From positions 73,440-137,439 of the forward strand of contig CAZMXT010000001.1 of NCBI GenBank assembly GCA_964570365.1: 64,000 nt of DNA. The letters are read 5' to 3'. The number at the start of each line of letters is the position of its first letter. Within the stretch, counting starts at the first letter, position 1. Positions 58,362-64,000 of the stretch are shown one piece after another. Made by a program: the position numbers and the translations under genes. Source of the DNA: an uncultured Pseudomonadales bacterium. Lineage in GTDB: Bacteria; Patescibacteriota; Microgenomatia; UBA1400; PJMF01. The notes beneath the pieces are model-generated. The model was not told the origin of the DNA and searched no databases. It saw only the letters and a program-made list of their open reading frames with translations.

Positions 58362-60026
58362 CTACAAGAAAACTTCTTTAGCGAGCTTAATTAAGTGATC
58401 ATCCTCATTGACATCTCCAGATATCGTAGAAAGTTTTGCCCCAGCCTCAGATTGCGGAGCCAGGCTAAACTCAAAAAGGACTCTTCCCCCCAGGACTTCG
58501 ACACAACACTCTTCTAAGATGGTAAGAAATTTTGGTTGGCGGAGCTGATCACGATGAAACTGATAGTAAACTTCAATCTTCGCCTCCCCATTCTGATTGA
58601 CTGAAGGTTTCGCTGACTGCAAAAATGCTCCAATCGAAGAGTTCCGCTGTCGAACTCGCTGAATGAACTCTTCCCAGCGCAGCAAAAGCACTGCACCGTT
58701 CAGCAACTCACCAGTCTCTACCATTCTGCTAGTGGTGACTGGAACAGGATGATGAATTTCATCAGGAATCTGCAGATTTACCGACACGACATTTTGTATG
58801 ACTACTGTTTCAGTCAAGCTAGAAAATATTTCTGCAGTTGACTCTTTCGATGCACTTTTGCGGGACTCTGGTGGGCTAGCAGGTTTGGCCTTACTAGAAG
58901 GAGAAACTGCCGTCACTGAACTCCCACCCTCCCTATCTTTGGCTTTAAAAACCAGCTCCAGTGCTTTCAGTTCTAAAGCCAGAAATGGTAGAGCAACTGC
59001 ACTCACGAGCAAGCTCATAAACTGGGTCAACAAGAAATGGGAAATTTTTTTACTAAAATGTGGAGTTTCTTGGGTGGTCACCGCCTGAATTAAGTCATCA
59101 TGCAGCAGCTCGAGCAGCTGTTGGTGAAAGTAGCTTTGGTCACTGCCGGTAATACGCAGCTCTTGAAAAAGTGCTACTACTTGCTGCTCATCCTTCTTCA
59201 CCACTGCATCCAGTAACTCCCAAATTTTTTGCTCTGGCGCTGAGTGAAGCAGGTTTTGGACCCGGTCCAGCGTAAGCTTGGACTGACCAGCCGCCACTGA
59301 TTCTAGCAACTTAACTCCATCTCGGAAGCTGCCATCTGCTACTCGCGAAATTTGCTTGAGCGCAGCTTGGTCGTACTCAATACGTTCTTTCTCTAAAATC
59401 TGGGCAAGCGCTTGAGTCAGCTCTACCTCAGTCGCTTTGCCAAACTGCACTGTCATGCAGCGAGACAGAATCGTGGCTGGCACCTTATGCAGTTCCGTAG
59501 TGGCCAAAATAAAAACCAAGTGCGCTGGCGGCTCCTCCAAGATCTTGAGTAAGGCATTGAACGCCTCGGTGGTGAGCATGTGCACTTCATCCAAGATAAA
59601 GACAGAAACTTTGCCTTCCTGAGGTGGCAAGTACGCTCGTTCCTTGAGTTGCCGAATATCGTCAATCCCTCGATGACTCGCCGCATCCAGCTCAGTGACC
59701 ACAAATGAGCTGCCTCGATAGATTCGTTGCACGATCTCGCTGGCAGGTACAGGCTCTTGGAGTTGTGGATTAAGTGTTTTTTTAGCTTTGATGGCGGCTG
59801 CAGGAGCCTGAAAAAAAAGCGTCTCCACGGCGGCTTCATTGAGCGGCTCGTTGAGGATGGCCGCAACAATTCTGGCAGCTGAGGTCTTGCCAGTACCCTT
59901 AGGGCCAGTAAAAAGCAGCGCATGAGGAAACGAACCACTTTCCATTAAAGATTGTAGATTTTGGCGAACAGAGCCGAGATGTAGGCCGGCTACAGTAGTA
60001 GGTCGATACTGGCGATACCAGGACAT
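58362..60026 (-). CDS. dnaX: DNA polymerase III subunit gamma/tau
   Basis: YRQYRP; GPKGTGKTS; ELDAAS.RGID; LDEVHML..AFNALLK.LEEPP; TILSRC; GSFRD. Confidence 0.95.
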   Translation of the reverse strand: MSWYRQYRPTTVAGLHLGSVRQNLQSLMESGSFPHALLFTGPKGTGKTSAARIVAAILNEPLNEAAVETLFFQAPAAAIKAKKTLNPQLQEPVPASEIVQRIYRGSSFVVTELDAASHRGIDDIRQLKERAYLPPQEGKVSVFILDEVHMLTTEAFNALLKILEEPPAHLVFILATTELHKVPATILSRCMTVQFGKATEVELTQALAQILEKERIEYDQAALKQISRVADGSFRDGVKLLESVAAGQSKLTLDRVQNLLHSAPEQKIWELLDAVVKKDEQQVVALFQELRITGSDQSYFHQQLLELLHDDLIQAVTTQETPHFSKKISHFLLTQFMSLLVSAVALPFLALELKALELVFKAKDREGGSSVTAVSPSSKAKPASPPESRKSASKESTAEIFSSLTETVVIQNVVSVNLQIPDEIHHPVPVTTSRMVETGELLNGAVLLLRWEEFIQRVRQRNSSIGAFLQSAKPSVNQNGEAKIEVYYQFHRDQLRQPKFLTILEECCVEVLGGRVLFEFSLAPQSEAGAKLSTISGDVNEDDHLIKLAKEVFL

Positions 60027-60086
60027 AGGAATAACCACATTGTGGCGAGATGAGGTGTGAGTGTCAACTGGAAACTCCAGCTGAGC

Positions 60087-60482
60087 TTACTCTTCCTCGT
60101 GGTGATACCCCAGCAAATGCATGATCCCGTGCTCCACAAAAAAGCAAATCTGCTCATCGACACGCTTGCCATACCGCCGAGCATGACTCACAGCTTCAGG
60201 GAAGCTCACCACAATATCTCCTAGATGCGGTGGCATGCCCTCTGGCAGAGGGAAGTCATTATATTGGTGTCGTTCGTGCTGAGGGAAGGACAGCACATCC
60301 GTCGTTCCTTCATGAAGCAGCTTTGACTCATTGAGCGTCTTGATCTTCCGCGCTCCAACAATCGAGATATCAACTTGGGCGTCAAAGACTGTATTTTCCT
60401 GCAAAATACTCTCAATCCGCTGCCGAATAAGCTTGCGGTTAACTGGATAGCGTGACTGGACGAAGAGGTTAACGACGATCAT
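60087..60482 (-). CDS. ybeY: rRNA maturation endoribonuclease YbeY
   Basis: TDVLSFP; LGDIVVS; HGIMHLLGYHH. Start taken at ATG 60482. Confidence 0.93.
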   Translation of the reverse strand: MIVVNLFVQSRYPVNRKLIRQRIESILQENTVFDAQVDISIVGARKIKTLNESKLLHEGTTDVLSFPQHERHQYNDFPLPEGMPPHLGDIVVSFPEAVSHARRYGKRVDEQICFFVEHGIMHLLGYHHEEE

Positions 60483-61278
60483 AACGAAGGCTAAGTAGGC
60501 CAAGTGGAATCGTATCATGTGGGTCATTGATAAACATGACCAGCACATGGCCACGACTGTTGGGGCTCCAAATTTTTGCTGAACGAATCACTTCGGGAGC
60601 ACCACCAAACTGAGCTCGCATCCAGTCTGCTGGGCCAATATCTCCAACTGCAGACACGACGGCGCACTGCTCAGCCGGGTTAATCACCAACATCTTGCGG
60701 AACTTCATCCAGTTTTTTAGAACATCATTCTGTGTTTGCCAGGTTGGCAAAAAGCTTATGGGTACAGAAATATAGTACTTTTCTCGGGCTATGGCAGCAG
60801 GAGTCAGCTGTCCCATCTCAGTAAACCAGCCAAAACCGCCGCGACTCTCGCGAATTCCAGCTTCCAGATAAGTAACGTGGTTCATTAACAAATCAGTGGG
60901 ATGTCTTCGTAAATGAGGTTGGGCAGCCATCATCCCGATCGAGTAGGGTAACCGAACTCCTTCCAGTTCAGCCACTACCTCAAAACCCAGCATGTCTGTC
61001 AGCTGCTGCTCTAAGTACAGCTCCTCTTGGCGAGGTAAGTGACCGGCCGGAGTTTGTACAATCCCCACCATTTTTTGCAGCACTGCTTCGTGCTCTTCTT
61101 GGGTCAGCGTTTGATACATGCTTTGATCCGCTGCAGCTGCATCGTGTTGCAGCTGTTGGGCAACATAGCTATCTACAGCCAGAACCGAAGCCTGCGGGAA
61201 AGGAACAGTAACGGAATTCGCCGGAAAACTCGGATTCCCGGGCTGAATTGTAGGCGTGGGCTGTAAGTACGCGTCCAT
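60469..61278 (-). CDS. Conserved hypothetical protein (possible RlpA-like double-psi barrel at the C-terminus)
   Basis: 269-aa ORF in an operon with gltX and ybeY; VINP...AVV..VGDIGP. Confidence 0.65.
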   Translation of the reverse strand: MDAYLQPTPTIQPGNPSFPANSVTVPFPQASVLAVDSYVAQQLQHDAAAADQSMYQTLTQEEHEAVLQKMVGIVQTPAGHLPRQEELYLEQQLTDMLGFEVVAELEGVRLPYSIGMMAAQPHLRRHPTDLLMNHVTYLEAGIRESRGGFGWFTEMGQLTPAAIAREKYYISVPISFLPTWQTQNDVLKNWMKFRKMLVINPAEQCAVVSAVGDIGPADWMRAQFGGAPEVIRSAKIWSPNSRGHVLVMFINDPHDTIPLGLLSLRYDRR

Positions 61279-61293
61279 AATGTAAAAGTAATC

Positions 61294-62751
61294 CTACAAA
61301 GTTTCCTGGCGCTTGAGTAGCTCCAATGCAGTCTGAAGTCGCTTGAGTACTTCTTCACGACCCAGCACAGCAAAAGTATCAAAAAGAGGTGGAGTAGCTT
61401 CCTGACCGGTGACGCTGACACGCAGCAACATAAAGTACTGACTCTTTTTATAGTCTTTCTCTGCTTGGAGGGTCCGAAGTTTTTCTTCTAACGCTGATAT
61501 TTGCCATTCTTTTAAATCTTGCAAAACCATCAGAGTTTCCCCTAACTGTTGCAACACCTCAGCCGCTGAAGACTTGCGTAACAAGACTTGTGGCTCCACG
61601 GTAATGGCGCGATAAAAGAAACTAGTCAAGCTCTCAACGTCTTTTAAAGTGACTAAACGCTCTGTCACTAACGGCAAGATACTGTCAATTCGATCGTGTG
61701 GAAAGTCAGCGGGTAAGTACGGCTGAATTCTGACTTTCAGTTCCGCAAATGAGAGATTGCGAATATACACACCGTTCATCCAGTCCAATTTTTTCTGATC
61801 AAAGACGGGACCAGTTTTTTGAACACGATCCAAAGTCATCACTTTCAGAAACTCAGCAAACGAGAAGATCTCTGACTTTTCTGGATGTGACCAACCTAGC
61901 AATGCAATGAAGTTCAGCAGCGCCTCCGGCAAGTACCCCTTCTCCCGGTAGCTTAAAATAGAGACATCATTCTTGCGCTTGGATAACTTACTCTTGTCAG
62001 CATTACGAATCAGTGGCAAATGAGCAAAAATCGGCATCTCCCAATTAAAGTACTGGTAAATTAGCAGATGCTTGGGTGTACTGCTAATCCACTCTTCACC
62101 TCTGAGTACGTGGGAGATCTCCATTAAGTGGTCATCAACGACCACCGCAAAATGATAGGTGGGAAAGCCATCTGACTTGATCAGGACTTGATCATCGACG
62201 CTCTGAAACTCAAAGCTGACCTTCCCGCGAATCGAATCATTCCAGTTAATACTTCCAGTTTCTGGAACTTTAAGTCGTACGACTGAAGGCAACCCAGCCG
62301 CTCTTTTCTCTGCTACTTCTGCCACTGAGAGATGGCGACAGGTTTTGTCATAGCGCGGTAACTGGCCAGCTTTTTGTTGGGCATCTCTCATTTGAGTCAG
62401 ACGCTCGCTACTACAAAAGCAGTAGTAGGCATTGCCAGACTCCAGCAACTGCTCAATATATTTGTGGTAAATATCTAAACGCTCTGATTGTTTATATGGG
62501 GCGTATGGACCACCTTTTTTGACACCCTCGTCATACTCAATCCCCAACCACTCGAAGGCTTCATAGATTTTTTCTTCAGCTCCCTCAACAAAGCGACCTC
62601 GATCAGTGTCTTCAATTCTAATCACAAATTGACCACCATTCTGACGCGCTAGAGCTAGGTCAAACATCGACATCCAAGCAGTCCCAACGTGAGCAATTCC
62701 AGTCGGGCTGGGAGCAATTCGGGTGCGGACCACTTTCTTTTCCATGGACAT
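61294..62751 (-). CDS. gltX: Glutamate--tRNA ligase
   Basis: RIAPSPTG..HVG; RIEDTD; YCFCS; DD..M.ISHVLRGEEW; KLSKR. Confidence 0.97.
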   Translation of the reverse strand: MSMEKKVVRTRIAPSPTGIAHVGTAWMSMFDLALARQNGGQFVIRIEDTDRGRFVEGAEEKIYEAFEWLGIEYDEGVKKGGPYAPYKQSERLDIYHKYIEQLLESGNAYYCFCSSERLTQMRDAQQKAGQLPRYDKTCRHLSVAEVAEKRAAGLPSVVRLKVPETGSINWNDSIRGKVSFEFQSVDDQVLIKSDGFPTYHFAVVVDDHLMEISHVLRGEEWISSTPKHLLIYQYFNWEMPIFAHLPLIRNADKSKLSKRKNDVSILSYREKGYLPEALLNFIALLGWSHPEKSEIFSFAEFLKVMTLDRVQKTGPVFDQKKLDWMNGVYIRNLSFAELKVRIQPYLPADFPHDRIDSILPLVTERLVTLKDVESLTSFFYRAITVEPQVLLRKSSAAEVLQQLGETLMVLQDLKEWQISALEEKLRTLQAEKDYKKSQYFMLLRVSVTGQEATPPLFDTFAVLGREEVLKRLQTALELLKRQETL

Positions 62752-62792
62752 ACAGTTTTTCCTTTTCCGAATTATACCGTACCTCTGGTAAA

Positions 62793-63881
62793 TTACTCTG
62801 TAAGAGCCGGTGCTAACTGCACATACCGGGGGTCGATGGCCGGAACAAAACCTAAAAAGTTATTATCACCCTCAAAAACATAGATTGGCTGTAAGTATTC
62901 TTGTTCCTCAAAGTCATCGTAGTAGCCTAAGTAGACATCTCGAATGATGATATTCTCATCACTCCCCCGCACTGCAATGAATCCCTCACCACCTTGGAGA
63001 AGCTGCCAAGCATTCTGAACCGTGCGCAGCGGGTACGTGTGACGCTGTAAGTAATCTGCTGCTTGGTAATGATACTCAGCGTGGACGATGCTGTCACTGC
63101 CACCTAAACTGCTACTGAGCACTGCATGAATAATCCCTTTTCGCCCCTCGGGTGAGTAAAATTGATACTTTCCATCAACTGGCTGTCGCATAATATCAAC
63201 TTGGGCAAAATCTGCATCTGAGAGTGAAACAGCAGGGATAAACTCATTCCCTAGCGATCTCAGGTACGTCACACTCCCCGAAGACGTCGCAATATCTGAG
63301 CTGAGACTCACGCCAGAGTTAATAAAAGATTTTACATTTTCCAGTGCTGAGACCTCATCTGGGAGGTTCTGCCCCCCCAAGAGTTCAGGCTTATTCAAGT
63401 AATTGGTGGTGAGAGTAAAGTTATGATCTAAGAGATCCATCTCGAGAGTACTGTCTAAAGGAGCAGATTTATTCCAACGATATGTTCGATCATTCAGAAT
63501 AGTGGGGGCGAAGACAAAGCCATATCCAGCGGCAATTTCTTTAATACGTTGGTCCGCCAATAGACTGGTGCTGGCGTGCAGCATCAAGAAAACTTTGGCC
63601 CGATCTTCAAACTTCGGTAGCTGCCCATTAAACGTTTCCAAGGTGTAGGAGCTGGGTTTATTGGCAGCGTCTTGTTCTGGAAGACGAATCTGCGGCAGTA
63701 CTCCGAAACCAACGGTTGGAGGGGGAGGGGCTGGCGGGTGGGTCGCGCGCCAATAGCCACTGGCAGCTATTAGGAATGTCCGGCCGACCATTAAGGCAAC
63801 AATCGCAATTGCACCAAACTTAATAGTTCGACGACCAATATACGCTGCACGAGTAAGGGTAAGACCAGCTTCTGTTGCCAT
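62793..63881 (-). CDS. Hypothetical membrane-anchored exported protein
   Basis: N-terminal TM; Pro-rich linker PPAPPPP; C-terminal YLGYYD..LQPIYVF. Confidence 0.7.
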   Translation of the reverse strand: MATEAGLTLTRAAYIGRRTIKFGAIAIVALMVGRTFLIAASGYWRATHPPAPPPPTVGFGVLPQIRLPEQDAANKPSSYTLETFNGQLPKFEDRAKVFLMLHASTSLLADQRIKEIAAGYGFVFAPTILNDRTYRWNKSAPLDSTLEMDLLDHNFTLTTNYLNKPELLGGQNLPDEVSALENVKSFINSGVSLSSDIATSSGSVTYLRSLGNEFIPAVSLSDADFAQVDIMRQPVDGKYQFYSPEGRKGIIHAVLSSSLGGSDSIVHAEYHYQAADYLQRHTYPLRTVQNAWQLLQGGEGFIAVRGSDENIIIRDVYLGYYDDFEEQEYLQPIYVFEGDNNFLGFVPAIDPRYVQLAPALTE

Positions 63882-64000
63882 ATCTCAAGTGTAGCAAACT
63901 TTCGTCCTTTTTACTGGAGTTTTATTGTGATGACTGAGAGGGGAACGAGAGATTCTTCCAGACGTAGTGTTGATCTAGCCAAGTGAGCAACTGCCGAGTG

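Noticed and set aside
58362-60026. E. coli-type dnaX gamma/tau frameshift site
   Set aside because: I saw no in-frame A-AAA-AAG with SD and hairpin, only an A7 run without supporting context.
61173-61421. 82-aa hydrophobic ORF overlapping the gltX 3' end
   Set aside because: It is an alternative frame over two longer genes and has no independent support.
63882-64000. Possible 3' end of a minus-strand gene at the right edge
   Set aside because: Two frames are open for only 25-29 codons, so neither frame nor product can be assigned.
1-64000. CRISPR arrays, rRNA, IS elements, prophage genes, stop-codon recoding
   Set aside because: None seen. Nearly all sequence is covered by intact code-11 ORFs, and many end in TGA.

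Overview
This is a densely packed bacterial window read with genetic code 11 (TGA is used as stop). Gene content and style suggest Patescibacteria (CPR), probably Microgenomates; this is inference. Positions ~1-51,100 hold a very large surface-glycosylation locus: about 16 multi-pass GT-C-fold membrane glycosyltransferases in several paralog families, 8 GT2 and 2 GT4 enzymes, 2 Wzx-type flippases, an LCP ligase, rmlBCD, gmd/rmd, ugd, a GalE-like epimerase and a NodU/CmcH carbamoyltransferase that the ORF track missed. Next come an orphan OmpR-family regulator and tRNA-Gln(CTG). Divergent from them is a compact five-gene operon (52,073-56,227): Nudix hydrolase, Gfo/Idh/MocA dehydrogenase, DegT aminotransferase, AAA_28 P-loop kinase and formyltransferase. 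Its first three genes have the family composition of the puromycin Pur7/Pur10/Pur4 3'-amino-3'-deoxynucleotide core, making it the best candidate for an undescribed system (a modified nucleotide, possibly a chain terminator). The window ends with housekeeping genes (M29 aminopeptidase, rdgB, ybaB, dnaX, ybeY, gltX). At least 8 genes have a TAnnnT box exactly 6 nt before the start codon, suggesting leaderless transcripts. All family calls come from motif reading; no database searches were run.
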